A stretch of 64,000 bases of DNA from Octopus bimaculoides (taxonomy: Eukaryota). The position numbers and the translations under genes are program-made. The notes beneath the pieces are model-generated. The model did no database searches, was not told where the DNA came from, and saw only the letters and a list, made by a program, of their open reading frames with translations. How positions within the stretch are numbered: the stretch's first letter is position 1; each line of letters opens with the position of its first letter. Where the stretch lies: positions 39,313,504 to 39,377,503 of the forward strand of contig NC_068996.1 in assembly GCF_001194135.2 (NCBI RefSeq), written 5' to 3'. This document shows, piece by piece, positions 1-14,344 of the stretch.

Positions 1-974
1 CATCTGAGAGGTCATGGTTGGAAAGTCAAATGTTGACAATGAGAAAGCACGAGGAGAAGGCAAACATCTGTGTAGATAGAGTAATCACTATACAAGCATA
101 TATGTGTATAAATATGTGAATAGATGTGTGTGTATGTAAGTACATATATACATATGACTGTGCATATGTGTGTACATAAATATACAGATATTTAGTGTAT
201 CTTGTGTACAAATAGAATTATGACTGCTACTGATTAGAGCTCCACTTTAGTCTTCTGATGATCCATTTTGGTTCAGCACACGTGTGTATATACATATAAG
301 TGTATTTATATATGTATACATGTACGTATGTGTATGTACATTTGAGTGTATGTGTATTTATGTATATATCCTTTTATGTTTCAGCCTTGAGGCTGTGGCC
401 ATGCTTGGACATTATACACATACACACACCTGTGTATATTTATGTGTTTGTGTATATGTGTGTATACATGTATGTGTTTATGTGTGCATGTATATACGTA
501 TATGTATATATGTGTGCATATATATATATATATTTAAATAAACGTGTGTGTGTGTGTGTGTGTGTGTATACACACATCGTCATCATCATTTTAATGTCAT
601 GTTCATTTCTAACATGGTTTGGATGGTTTGACGGGATCCAATAGGTCCAAAGACTGCATTGTGCTCCATTTTCTGCTTTGGCATGGTTTCTATAGCTTGA
701 TGCCTTTCCTAACAGCAACTAGCACTCTTGAGCTTGGTGTGCAGCTTGCAAGCCTACAAGCCCTGATGGAATCGGGGTATGGCTTTACTCTAAAGTTCAA
801 GAAGTAAAGGACGGGAGTGGGGTAGAATAGTTTCTTGTACAAGAACTACCAGGTTTACTTGCATTTCTTTGGGAAGGGAAAGAATGATCGCAAGAAGCTG
901 TGAAGAGATGAGGTGCCAAGGCAGCCCCTCATGATGTGTGGGAATAGAAGTGGTTGAATGCTGGGGTTGCAAGA

Positions 975-1137
975 TTGTATATATGTATACATGTGTATAT
1001 TTGTATACATGCATACTTATATATATGCATACACACGCACATATATATATGCATATATGTATATATATATGCATATATGTATATATATATGCATATATGT
1101 ATATATATATGCATATATGTATATATANNNNNNNNNN

Positions 1138-1170
<33 letters not shown>

Positions 1171-1275
1171 TGTATATATATATATATATACACACACACA
1201 CATATATATATATATGCATGTATATATATGCATATGTACGCATGTTTACTCATATGCATCTATGTATATCTATGT
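975..1275. repeat. Compound TA/TATG/CA microsatellite (a similar tract lies at 280-570)
   Basis: Directly visible; it produces the spurious YI/CV-repeat ORFs. Confidence 0.95.
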
Positions 1276-1639
1276 ATTCACATGTAACAGCTGTTTTCCT
1301 TGCTGTCATAACTTGGACAGTTTGAGAGAATCTTGGGAGCCATTAGGCTGCACTGTTCTCCAGCCACAACTTTGGTGTGGTTCCTGTGGCCAGATTCCTT
1401 TTTTATTCTCAACAACTTCACATTGCATATTGGGTGCTTTTTTCATGCCACCTCCACTAGTGAGGTGCCAAGCAGCTTGCACCGCAGAAAAAGAACAGTG
1501 TGGTGGGGGTGAGGAAAAGGCCCCTACTCCTAAGTGGTGGATAGTACTTGAGAGCAGTTGGCACGTGGCTCAGTGGTTAGAGCATCATGAGTTCAGTCAT
1601 GAAGTAGTGAGTTTAATTCCCAGATATAAGCCCACCAAC

Positions 1640-1845
1640 ATCAGTTGTCAAGTGATGGTGGAGTGACAAACACAAAGACACACACAAATTCGATGGGCTT
1701 CTTTCAGCTTCTGTGTACCAAATCCACTCACAAGGCTTTGGTTGGCCTGAGGCTATAGTAGAAGACGCCCAAGGTACCACGAGGTGGGACTGAACCCGGA
1801 ACCATGTGGTTGGGCAGCAACCTTCTTACCACACAGCCACACTTG
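1640..1845 (-). mobile_element. SINE family A, 5' half
   Basis: ccaaatccactcacaaggctttggttggcctgaggctatagtagaagac...gggactgaacccggaaccatgtgg. Confidence 0.85.
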
Positions 1846-2261
1846 GACATATGAATATTTTTTTTTTTCAAGTAATAGACTTGTTTTTGCCAGTGCCAAC
1901 CAACCAGCTTGATACATTTATATTTCATTGAGAGCTTGATTATAAGGGTCACTTGGACACTATGAGACCCCAGATGTTCTTGTTTTATCTTCTTAACATG
2001 TAGCCTACAATCAAGGCTTGGGTGATTCTATATTCTAAACATTTTTCTGTCATAGCTCAGTGATATTACCATTATCCAGTATGCTTTTTGCATAATATAG
2101 GGACAGTTTCTTTCAGGTTTCTTCTATCCAGCATCCTAGTTTAGCTTTCTTTCCCTCACTGCAGATTTGCTTCCAGAATTAATCAGTATCTTGCTGAGGA
2201 GGAAACTTTGTGACTTTGACTGTCCCTTCAGATATCTTGCTAATTACTTTTCCTTCTAGAT

Positions 2262-2767
2262 CAGGAGTTCTCAACCACTTTTTACTTATGGACACCTTTG
2301 ATTACTATAGCCATTTGATGTTTAAAAACTAGCTTTATAGAAACTTCTTTCAACATTTCTATTTAACTTGTGTAGGTTGAACTATGTAAACTGTTAAAGA
2401 AACCTAGCTATTTCTTGCAATACATACATCTAAAGCAGGGTTCTCAACCATTTTTTTTATCACTAAACCCTTTTGATTACTATTTTATTCTGGTGGACCT
2501 CCATAGCCATTCGATGTTTAAAAACTAGTTTTATAGAAGCTTCTTTCAGAATTCCTATTTTGTTATTCACACATTAACTTGTTGTAGGTTGAATTATGTA
2601 AAATGTTAGAGAAAGGAACTAAGTTGTTTCTTGCAATAAATACCAATACATACATCTAAAGCAAAATTTTTTCAGGGGCCCTTAAAATACTATTGTGGAT
2701 CCCCAATTTACTATTTTATTGTGTGGACCCCACAAAACCTTATATGGACCCTGGTCGAGAACCACTG
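2262..2767. mobile_element. hAT-type MITE, family 2, with internal partial tandem duplication
   Basis: Ends CAGGAGTTCTCAACC ... GGTCGAGAACCACTG; 2262-2435 is repeated from 2436. Confidence 0.65.
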
Positions 2768-2841
2768 CATTGGATCTTTTCTGATGCTAGAGTTTCTCAC
2801 AAAAGCTTTTCGGTGTTTGTTTTAAGGTGATTGATTTATAC

Positions 2842-3144
2842 CAGGCGTGGCTGACTCTCATTACATTGTGGGCCACTTTAATCACAAAGTTTTTTGAGGC
2901 CGCTTGTATATTGACAGAATTGAAAGCATTTTGCTTTCTCATGCTATCATTACAATAACGAATGAATAATCGCTGATTCAACATGAAATTCCAGTAGTAT
3001 CTTTCCTTTTTACTTTTCATTACTGTCTTTAATTTTTGATAAAATTATAAAAATGTTTGCTTAAATAAACTCGTGTATCAAGTGAGCCACAAGATAAGTC
3101 TGCAAGCCGCATGCGGCCCACGGGCCACAGGTTGGCCAGCCCTG
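2842..3144. mobile_element. hAT-Charlie-type MITE, family 1
   Basis: TIRs CAGGCGTGGCTGAC / GTTGGCCAGCCCTG; 8-bp TSD ATTTATAC / ATCTATAC (7 of 8 match). The internal sequence matches 45629-45949 in the opposite orientation. Confidence 0.8.
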
Positions 3145-3535
3145 ATCTATACTCAAGTGTCTTTTTACTTTCTCCTAACATTCATTCTATTTATTTTTCG
3201 ACTTTTGACAGTGAGACGTAGTTATTTGTATATGTTTGCATGTAAAGTCTTGTCACATAACTGATAGGCTTCCGTAAGTCAATTATTTTTTCTTCCATTT
3301 TACAAATCCACAATGGTTTTTCTAAAATTTTGCTTTTATTTAGTTTTCAATTTGTGTCTTCAAGATATTGTTTAGCAGTGGTAAGGATCATCTATAAACA
3401 GTTACTTATTTACCAAAATGAAGAGGCACAAGTGTTCCTTGTTTATATCATTAATCACTGTTGACATCAACTCAGGTCTTGCTCATTAAATTATTGTTTC
3501 TCGTTACACTTCATTAAGAATAAATTTCAATTACT

Positions 3536-4076
3536 CTTTTACATGTTTTGGTCATTTGACTGCAGCCATGCTGGAGCACTGCTTTTAGTCAAAGAAATCA
3601 ACCCAGGACTTATTCTTTGTTAGCCTAGTACTTATTCTATCAGTCTCTTTTTCTGAACTGCTAAGTTTCGGGGACATAAACACACTAACATTGGTTGTCA
3701 AGTGGTAGTGGTGGGGGTGGACAAAGACACACACACATAAATATATATATATATATATATATANNNNNNNNNNNNNNNNNNNNNNNNNNNNNNNNNNNNN
3801 NNNNNNNNNNNNNNNNNNNNNNNNNNNNNNNNNNNNNNNNNNNNNNNNNNNNNNNNNATGTGTGTCTTTGTCCACCCCCACCACTACCACTTGACAATGT
3901 GGTATATATACGACAGGCTTCTTTCAGTTTCCGTCTACCAAATCCACTTACAAGGCTTTGGTTGGCGCGAGGCTACAGTAGAAAACACTTGCTCAAGGTG
4001 CCACGCAGTGGGACTGAACTTGGAACCATGTGGGTGGGAAGCAAGCTTCTTACCACACAGCCATATTTTTTGCACA
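3536..4076 (-). mobile_element. SINE family A spanning an assembly gap
   Basis: Tail at 3536-3760 and head at 3900-4076. Confidence 0.85.
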
Positions 4077-6499
4077 CCTAGCATTGTAGTAAACTTATAG
4101 GTAGTTGATCCAGTAGCTACTGTCAGTTAGATATGGGAGGTCAGCCTTACTGCACTGTAACACAATAGCAGGTGGAGACAGGATCTGTTAATCAGGTGCA
4201 CTGTGGCATGTGTGTGTTTTACTATTTAGTTGTGTGCTGTTCACATTTGTGGAAATGAAATTAAAATCATAATTGTGTGTGTGTGTGTGTGTGTGTGAAA
4301 GCATGGCTCTTTGCTTTTCATTCCCGCCATTCTGGGTTTAGGATCTCACTGCATGGCATGTTGGACAAGTGGATCTTCATTTGTAATTCTCAGGTCGACA
4401 AATACCATGCGAATAGGATATGCAGGCTGGAAATTACTCAGGAGCCTATTGTGTGTGTGTGTATTCAATGCTGAGTGTATGTGAGTCATCTGGAAGTAGA
4501 AAGTCCAACTTGTGACTCATGCACACTTGGCTTTGAATGAATGTTATTTCACTGAACTTCACAGTATTGAGCACTTTTTTCCTTTTGCTGTATACCAATT
4601 AAAGCCATGTAAACACATATTCATCTATGCACACGTGTATGTACATGTGAGTTTGTTTATAGTCATATTATTAACTAAAACCTGCTGGCCTTATTTTGTT
4701 TGTATTCCTTCACACCCTGAAACTTAGCTGGTAAACAAATAGTGATTGATATAAGTTGACAGACTGCAACAAGTGTGCTGTGGTTAAGTTGAAGTGATTG
4801 ATTAAGCACTTCAAGGCCAAAGGTCAATGATCTGTGTGTGTGTGTGTGTGCGTGTATGCATCTGTTTTCATTACATGAACATTGTGATATTCTTGGAAGG
4901 TCTATTACTATTTACTTATATCTTTGAATATATGTATGCATATATGCACATGTGTGTGTGTGTGTATACATGTATCTGTATATTTAAGCCCATTTATGTG
5001 TGTACATACGTGTATATATGTATATATACACACACACATAAACACAAATACACTCACATATGTATGTGTATACTGGATCTCCTTCAAGTCAAGATTTTTT
5101 TTTTTTAATAAAGAACTTCATAGATGTGATTCTTTTATATATACATGTTTACTAATTTCATTAAGTTATCATTCATTGTTTTTACTTTGCTTTTATGTTC
5201 TATAGTAATGCTGAGAATGTTTCACACATTTCTCACATTAACGAGAAAGTGCTTAGGGTTGCCTGTACAACAATTTTTAAGAGCACCAAATTTTTTTCTT
5301 TTTTTTTTTGTAATGCCATTACACACCGTCAGCCGAAGTTCAAAGTCTGAATGTTCATGATCACTCGTGTACTACATTGATGTTCCAAATCAGATCTCAG
5401 TGCAGTGAATTTTTGCTTCCAAATAGGATTGTATTGATTGGATTAGAGGTTGATTAACTGCATTTCCACATTTCTTAAATCTAACCACACAAAATAAATG
5501 CCTCTAATTTCAAACTCTGTAAAATCTGCTTCATCATGATACTTTATTAGGGCTGTGCTAAACCTTTGATTCTGACTCACCGCCTTATAATATCGCTGAC
5601 TGCAAGTCCTCTATTTGCAATTAGACTCATATATATTTCTTTTATTGATTGGCAGCTCATGACTTACATGGCCAATATGAATCATTTAGTCTACATTTTA
5701 GTAACCCAAACCTGTTTGGGTTTAAAGGTTATAGCTGTACTATTGTGACATTTTTATATTATTTATCAAAGAAACTACAAATAATTAGACATATGACAAA
5801 ACTTATAAACTGAAATAAAAAAAAGACTATTTTAATCTAATGTCTGTAAAGTAAACACATGTAAATGAAATGAATTACAAAAATACTATAAAAGATCAAG
5901 AATGTTTTTGGTTTACTAGTTCAAAAAAAAAAAAATCTAAGGCATATTCAAAGTTAAAAATAAATGAGTGACTATCTAAAGCAACTTANNNNNNNNNNNN
6001 NNNNNNNNNNNNNNNNNNNNNNNNNNNNNNNNNNNNNNNNNNNNNNNNNNNNNNNNNNNNNNTCTAAGGCATATTCAAAGTTAAAAATAAATGAGTGACT
6101 ATCTAAAGCAACTTAACAAGATGACCAACTATAAACTCAGCTACCTAACCCCTTTTCGGGATTTACAGCAGTGGTTCTCAACTAGGGTCCATGTGGTTTT
6201 TTGGGGGGAAGGGGGTCCATATAAGATTTTGTTGTTCAAAATTTATGACTCCAACTCTACAGTTCTGTATTATATAAATTATTGTTTCTCTAACTCATTG
6301 AATTCTACCAGAAACTGATTCAACAGTAAATTAAATTCTTGTTTATGCAAAACCATATCATCATTTAACATTCATTTTCCATGCTGGCATTGGTTGGACG
6401 GTTTGACTGAATCTGGTAAAGCCAGGGGCCTCACCAAGCTCCATTGTCTCTTCTGACATGGTTTCTACAGCTACATCCCCTTTCAAACACAGTTATCAA

Positions 6500-7260
6500 A
6501 ATTACATTTTCACAACACTTATACCATCAAAATCTTTAAGGCTTAATTTTTCTCATTGTACTTCTTGATATATAATACAGTAGAGAAAAACAAAGAAATA
6601 ACTGATGGCTTTTGTAAATTGCTTCACAAAACTAGCATGTCTGCCTACCATATTAGGGGCACTACCACGCATAACCAAAGCTACTTCTGACAAATCTATT
6701 TGTCTTTCACAAAACATTTGACAACAGTCAGCTCTGTCTTTTCCAGACATGTTTTCAAGGCTAATTCTCTTAATCAGCTCACAATTTATAGTCTCCATGA
6801 AAATATTGTGCAATAATAGCTAATGGAACTGATGATATTATATCAAACAAAGCAATTTCATATGTTAGCATTCGTTTTTGTAACTCTGTTTTCAGCAGTA
6901 GTTCTTCTTATTGTTATTTCATTCACATGTTCTCTATAGCAGCATCTGTATTATGAAAGTCATCATATAAAAATAGTGCATGTTTATCAAAAACTTTTTT
7001 AATATACGCCATCACATTGTGAATTTGTATAAAGGATAGTTGTATGCAAACTTGTAGCTACTAAGTGGTAAGGTTCTATCAAAAAACTTAAATGGTATTG
7101 CTTCTGATTTAGCTGTTGAGATGTATATATATATTCTTTGTAGTCTTCGACAAATTTCTCTAAGAGTGACTGGTGCCTAGTATCAAAAGGCAATTTGATA
7201 CTAATTCCAAGTTCTACTCACAGTTTGTACTTTACTGAAAAAATATGTACAGTTTTTTGA
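6500..7260 (-). pseudogene. Decayed hAT-family (Charlie/SPIN, GTF2IRD2-like) transposase remnant
   Basis: Minus-strand translation LVMRGSAPNMVGRHASFVKQF...FLYCIIYQEVQ resembles the hAT motif TTDGAPxMVG...HCIIHQEAL. Upstream ITIRRTTAENRV resembles ISLSRxTVARRI. Stops and frameshifts are present. Confidence 0.65.
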
Positions 7261-9857
7261 AACTGTGAAACTTTAAAATGTGTTGGCTTTAGCAAGCTTT
7301 TTAGAATATGTTATTGAAGAAAGAATTGTTTCTTTGACAGTCGATCATATGTTCTCTTAAAACCCATTGTGTGTCACTTGTGAGTTATATGGCATACACC
7401 TAGGACTGGAAGATATGTTAGTTCTAGATCAATCCCAGTCACTTGGTCTTATGATCAATAATGTATGGGTACATAGCTCAAAAACACCCTTGATCAGATG
7501 GACCTATGATCAAAGAGATGCAGTGTACTCGCTGCGTCTCTTGTGTACCTGTAAACATTTGCAATTCTCAGCTCCTGTTTACTCTTCTTCTTCACATTAA
7601 TGTGGCACCCTCCTTGATGGTAGCAAAAGTCCTTTACTACTTGTCTAAATCTTTGTCTTTGCTAAGTTTGCCAAAATATTAGAGAAATTATGAATTTGGA
7701 AGCAGAGCCTAGAATCAAGAGGTTTTAAGGTAGACTCAGCTGTGAAAACTAGGTCATCAGCATACAAGCAAGTCTAGTCTTAGGATCTTGTGAAAAAGTT
7801 GTAGAAATTGTTGTTAAAAATTACTATATTAAGTCTTCTTTGTTTTGGAAACAAAGCACTCTTTTCATTCATTATTTGAATGTCAACTAATCAATATATG
7901 TCAGTTTCAGTTGAAAACATAGACATCTTAGATTTAAAGGTAGCAGTCTGTATTAATCTTCCTTTCTTTTGGTCTAAAGATCTGCTCTCTGCTTCATGTA
8001 GATTGAAACTTAATTTGTACCTTAACCATATCACTATATATACTTGCTGTATGCTACACTACCTTCGTACATAATTTTTTAAAAGTCTATTTTCAATGTA
8101 TAGGATCTAATCATGGTTACAATCAGTAGAGAAAGTTCAGAACCCTTGCTATTCAGCTACATTCATTGCTCTCTGTTGCTTTTGCTTAGGCATTCAGTAA
8201 TCACATTGCCAGATTTATTTAAGAGCACACTTGGTTCACAGACACTCAGCAACCATACGTTGGCTCATTTTTGCAAATAGTATGTCCATTCTGTTGTTGT
8301 GAGCAGAATATCAAATGCCCTTCAGCAGGTTTCATTTGAGGAAGCTGATTTGATCCTCTCCCTTGTTATAAATATAGAAAATTACTGCATTTTTTTGTTC
8401 TTGTTGCCACTAAACACTGTGCTGCTCAGCTAGATGCTTTCACAACTTACGCGTATCTACTTTTTACAGAAACTTTTTGAGTATTCCTTTTACTTGCATC
8501 GTGTAATAAATTTTACTCACATGCATTTTGTCACCACAAACTGAATATTATGAACATTTGTTTCTTAAACTATGTCTTCTTCAGGAATCTTAAACATTTG
8601 CTCACTAGCAAACTTTTGTTATTTTCTGTATGCATTCACACATGTCCATCAGAAGGTGTCTTCCGATAATAGCTTATTTTTTTAATAAGTTCCTACAGTT
8701 TTTCTTTCATTCACATGCGGACTCATAATCACACTTTTCGAGTTATTGCTTACTAGCCACCATCACACTGATAATCACTAACTTTTTCCTCCTAAAATTC
8801 AATAAATATATACAAAATTTGTATATAATAGAAAGCTGTAACAATATGGACAGAACATTAAAAAGAAGAGAAAAATATTTATTTTGGTATTTTAGTTTCG
8901 TGTGGTTGTAAGATTGTAAAAGGATGTGGAATTTGAGTTGTGTGTAAAGAATTGGGTCAGATAATATATGCACTTCATTCAATTCAAGCTACTTAAACGA
9001 ATGGTTTTACACTTTTAATCAAGATGTCTTCTTTAATCTATAGGTTTCCAATGTTACACTCCCTTATTTGGATGGTGGTGATGTCCTTGTTCCTGAATGC
9101 TGTAGAATGCCCCTTGAATTGAATGCCTAATGGCCAAATTGTGCTGTCTTCGTGATATTTGTTAAGCATTTCCATAGCTGCTTATCTAACCCTTCCCTGC
9201 AGATGTCATTACAGATAATAGTTGTACTTCCACTGAAATGGGATGATTTCAGGAAATTATCCCATTTTTCTGTTTCTTGGCCTTGAGAGTAACTAGTATT
9301 GGATTCCACAGTATGATCTCATACTGCAAAGATGTATGTATCTTTGAAGATAGTTGTGAGAGATAGTTATTTGGATGGTAATCCTTTCTACTATAGGCAC
9401 AATGCCAGAAATTTGGTGGGAGGGGGTAAGTCAATCACATCAACCCCAGTACTTGATTGGTTTTTAATCTATTGACCCTGAAAGGATGAAAGGTAAAGTT
9501 GACCTCAGTGGAATTTGAACTCAGAATGTGAAGGCAGACAAAATGTCAAGCATTTTGCCTGGTGTGCTAATGCTTCTGCCAGCTTGCCACCTTATTTGGA
9601 TGATAATGCAAAAGACACTTGTATGGGGTGACATGGAATGGATATAACCATTTTGTATAATGAATAAAGCTCATACTTGATTACAGTGATATTCTAGGAT
9701 AAATACCTCATCCTTCCAATCACTGTCATTTTACTGTTCTTATTCTCATTATCTTTATACTCTGCTGCTAAATGCATGCATATTGCTAATTATTTTATGC
9801 GGGTTTCTTTTATAGACTGTTTTTGGCTAGCTTGTGTAATATAAATTATCTTGTTTG

Positions 9858-9903
<46 letters not shown>

Positions 9904-10054
9904 CACACACATTATTAAAGTAAGATGGCTAAGTGTGATCTGAGGGGAATTTGGCTGTTTATAATTGGTTGAGTTAGAGTAGCTTGTGTAAACATGATTA
10001 ATGAGTTGCATAGGGTGTGATAAGTTATGGGAAGAGCAGCTGACAGTGTTTCTG

Positions 10055-10092
<38 letters not shown>

Positions 10093-10589
10093 GCTGCATA
10101 TTTAATCTGTGAATCTTCTTTGTTACCTGTTGAAAATTACGATGCAACTATGTTTCCACCTGATATGCATTGAAATGTGTTTTCTATAACTGGGTGGAGT
10201 GTGTTAGCCCCATGTCACACCTGCATTACAAAAGTCAAAGTGCCTCTTCTACCATGAAACCTACCCAGTTTAGGTGAACTTATGGGTGTATAAGGCATGT
10301 TGGTAATTTGCAGATTCAGGGAAGCATTAATGTCTCCCCACCACAAATTTAGTTTGCTTTTATTCTTTCCGAGAAAGAAAAACCCAGCCAATATTTAATG
10401 TTTTAATTCTCACAACACTTAAAGATCACCTAACATTCATAAAATTATATATATATATATACACACCACAGTCATTTTGTGATCTTTGCTACCCTGGTAT
10501 CTATTAACCAATTTATTTTGTCGGAGTTAATTATTAACTTAGAGAAAATAAATACATATAATAATATATATATATTATACACGCACACA

Positions 10590-10819
10590 CAGAGGGTGAC
10601 CCAAAAGTCACAATGGTGTTCATTTATGTTTTAAATTTGATAACTTAGCACCACATACAATATATATATATATGTGCACACACACACATACACACACACA
10701 GAGGAAATATATGTATATTAGGAGTAAAGAGTTACATTTTGAGAATTATAAATAAAAATATGTAATTAAAACAAATTTATTAAAACTCTTAGACTGCTGT
10801 GACTTTTGAACCACCCTAC
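10590..10819. mobile_element. Probable Tc1/mariner MITE
   Basis: Inverted ends AGAGGGTGACCCAAAAGTCAC / GTGACTTTTGAACCACCCTAC; the TSD is obscured by CA repeats. Confidence 0.5.
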
Positions 10820-11512
10820 ACACACACACACACATGCACACACACAACTTTTGTGTGTTGTAATTTAATGAAATAAAATATTCCCTGATGATCTGTTGTG
10901 GTTGAGCATCTAAATGCACTTGAAATGCCTGTTGCTGGACTCCACATAACCATAATGGTGAAGCGTGCATAGGAGCTAAAGCATAAACTTGTATTTATTC
11001 TCATATACACATACATACATACATACACACACATACAAGCATGATGTTTCTTGTGATTTTCCAGATTCTATTTTTTGAATTATTTCACCTACTGTATTTA
11101 CACATATATGCTTTTGTGTGTGTGTGTATACACACAGAACTATAGCTGCTACTTGCAGGCAAATCTAACATAGTAGTATGCACCATACTGCTAATTGTTT
11201 TAAGTGCTTGTGTACTGGCAAGCAGATTTAGACGTGCTTTTGATCCTGCTCTTGGCTCAGCAAAATGTCAAGGATGTGGAAGCTTTAGAGAAAGAGGGCT
11301 GCAACAGCACCCTACTGTTATTCATTTTCCAGCTGAGTAGGCTGGAAAAATATGAAACAAAGTGCCTTGCTTAAGGAAACACTGCACCATCCATTCTAGG
11401 AATCAATCCTGTAATCTCATGATAGTGTGTCTAGAACCCTATGCATTAGCCTACAGATATATATATATATATATATATATGTATTAGGACAGTGTGTTAT
11501 ATATGTATACAT

Positions 11513-11908
11513 AGGTGCAGGCGTAGCTGTATGTTAAGAAGCTTGCTTCTTTATCACATGTTTCCGGGTTCAGTCCTACTGCGTGGCACCTTGGGCAGGT
11601 GTCTTCTACTATAGCCTTGAACTGACCAAAGCCTTATGAATGGATTTGGTAGATGGAAACTGAGAGAAGCCCATCATATGCATGTATATATGTCTTTGCG
11701 TCTGTTTGTCCTCTCGCCAGCGCTTGACAACTGATGTTGGTGTGTTTACGTCCTCGTAACTTAGTGGTTCTGTAAAAGAGACTGATGGAATAAATACTAG
11801 GACTACAGAGAATAAGTCCTGAGGTTGATTTCTTCAACTAAAAAAAAACCCTTTAATGTGGTGCTCCAGCATGGCTGCAGTCAAATGACAAACAAGTAAA
11901 AGAAAAGA
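11513..11908 (+). mobile_element. SINE family A
   Basis: Family A head, body and tail. Confidence 0.88.
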
Positions 11909-13359
11909 ATGTATATTGTGTGTGTGTGTATCAGCATTTGCACATTCGCTTTTCCTTGCGTGGGTTGCACTGGTTTTTTCCAACACTGTGTCTTACTATT
12001 TGTTTCACTTTTTATAATTTTTTTTGGGTGGGTCAACATGTTGAGATTAGCTTCCACCACTTCTGTCCATGTCTTACTCTTGTACTTGAATATCCTAGCT
12101 TATCTTTACCTATCTGTTATATTGTCCTTATGCATCTTGTGTCCATACCAACAAAGTCTTCGCTCTTGCACACTGCAACTGATTATTCTGAACTCATACG
12201 TACGCATCATTCATGCATACTAACATTACATATCCAGCAGAGTGTACTTATTGCATCATTATTTCTCTCTAAACTTTGTGCGATGTCTGCATTCAGTTCC
12301 CACATTTCACTATGATGCAGCATTACACTTCACACATGTTGAAACATACATTTTATACTTTGCTTGAAGAGAGAGATTCTTCTTCCTCCCACCCACTCCC
12401 ACTCCCCACTGTTGCCAGCAGAAGTAATAGCTCTCTGAACTTTTTCCACCTTGTCTTTATTCTGGCTATTATGCTTTCAGACTCCTTCGCTGCTGATTAG
12501 ATTGTCTTGGTAACAGAAGCTATCAACTACTCCTACGGGGCCTTCCAAGCATTTTGAAGGAATTAAATTCACTACACTGCACAGACTGCAAACTTGTGTA
12601 ATTGCAACTCTGATAGTCTGATGTTGAATTGGTTAGTCCTCAAGGTCTATTTCTCTACCTCTTAAATTGAGTGTGCAATCTCTTGTTGACATTTGATCGT
12701 ATTCTTGCACATGGTCAGATGATGTTTCCACCTAACCATCCCAATACTGTGCACAGCACTAACGAGGCTTTCTGTTAGGTTCTACAGTGTCCATTTTGAA
12801 ATGTGTTGGTTCTTAGGTTCTTAATTCAGTTACAAGTCTTCTTGATGGGTTGCCTTCATTGCCCGTCTCGGGGAGCTGTAACTGAATAGATGTTGAGATG
12901 GTATAGTAGAGGTGCTTTAGCTAGAAAACCATTGTCTGTCTGTTGTATACACACATACACACAAAGTTTATGAAATCATACACATTTAAGAATGAGAATT
13001 AAAAAATTGGGATTTCTGGAAAAATTTCTACTTACTCCACATGGTATTCTCACATGTTTAAAACATGTGAGATACAGAAGCAAAAAATACAAAAATAATC
13101 ATAAAATGGAAAATTGCAGTTGATTTTGTGTGCTGAAATGGAGAAAAGGAAGGGGCAAAAAAAAATTTTTTTTTTTTTATCAAATTTTAAAAATATTTAT
13201 TTTGAAGAATTGCAATTTCCTTTGTATCCTTGCTGATTCTGTATCCTCTTTATGTTTTACAAGATATATAAAACACTTAGAAATTCATTTTGGTCTTTGC
13301 ATATGCACAAAGACTTAACACAATTTCAGCTTTCTATCTATAACGACCTGGTTCCTTAA

Positions 13360-13582
13360 CCCTTTAGCATTCAGGTTGCTCTTTCAAATGTAACACTTAT
13401 GTATTCACATTGTTTTGACTTAATAATCATGCATTATCTCATAGCTTTGAGATTTCACTGATGTGATTGTTTATTTGTAGAATGACATTGTAGGATAGGT
13501 GTGAGAGATCAGATCTGTCCTATTTGAACATAAAGCAAATAGAATATTTTGGCTGGATATGGCTGGTTTAAATGCTAAGGGG
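13360..13582. mobile_element. piggyBac-type MITE
   Basis: TTAA|CCCTTTAGCATT ... AATGCTAAGGGG|TTAA: TTAA TSD and CCC/GGG ends. Homologous to 26198-26410. Confidence 0.8.
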
Positions 13583-14344
13583 TTAATTTTAGTCATAAAC
13601 CTAAATCCTTATCAACTATCTTGAAACTATAACCTTAACCATATTCCTTATTCTAAACTCTAAATTCCAGTCTGCAACTAAATCCTAAAGCCTTAATCTC
13701 TAACCCTCACCCTAAACTTAAAATTCTATTGTACTTTGTAATGCAACTTTTAGTTTGACAACCTGTGACCATTTCAACTGTTGATAGATATTGTATATAA
13801 AGTCTTTTGAATTCTATTTTCAATGAAAGCATTATGTATATGGTTTTCTTCCTCTGTGTGTATAAACACACATGCATACATGCACACTCATATATGCACA
13901 CACACATAACACCTTCATATATTTGTATGTATATATATATATACCGAGACACACACACACACACACACTCAAACACACAAGCTGAAAAAAATATTTTGCA
14001 CATAATTAGCAAAGTGAGTAACACTATCCATTGAATAACTTGCTCAAGGTTGTTGCATCTTTTTTCTTCAAAAAAATTTTGTAGAGATACAAACTGAAGG
14101 TATGTTAATGAAAGCTTTAATGAACAATTATATAGTATGCAGTAATGAAAGCATTGTTCCCACCTTCATTTCTAAGTAATCTTTTATTCCCTACTTTCGT
14201 GTTACATAACCATATAATAACATATGTTAAGTCATTTATATTCAACAAGACGAGAATGTTCTACATATTTAGCACCAATATAATGCTGCCTACCTCTGTA
14301 GTGTGATCATGTATATGTACATCTGTGCTTCTGTATATAGAAAA

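Noticed and set aside
284-1666. Many long ORFs rich in YI, CV and HT repeats
   Set aside because: They are translations of TA/TG/CA microsatellites and N runs, with no protein-like composition.
5935-6115. 53-bp exact direct repeat on both sides of an N gap (similar cases at 20437/20783 and 3690/3858)
   Set aside because: Typical unmerged contig overlap, so an assembly artefact rather than biology.
10884-10935. CTGATGA...GAAAT, hammerhead-like spacing
   Set aside because: No closing stem II, helix I or cleavage triplet could be built.
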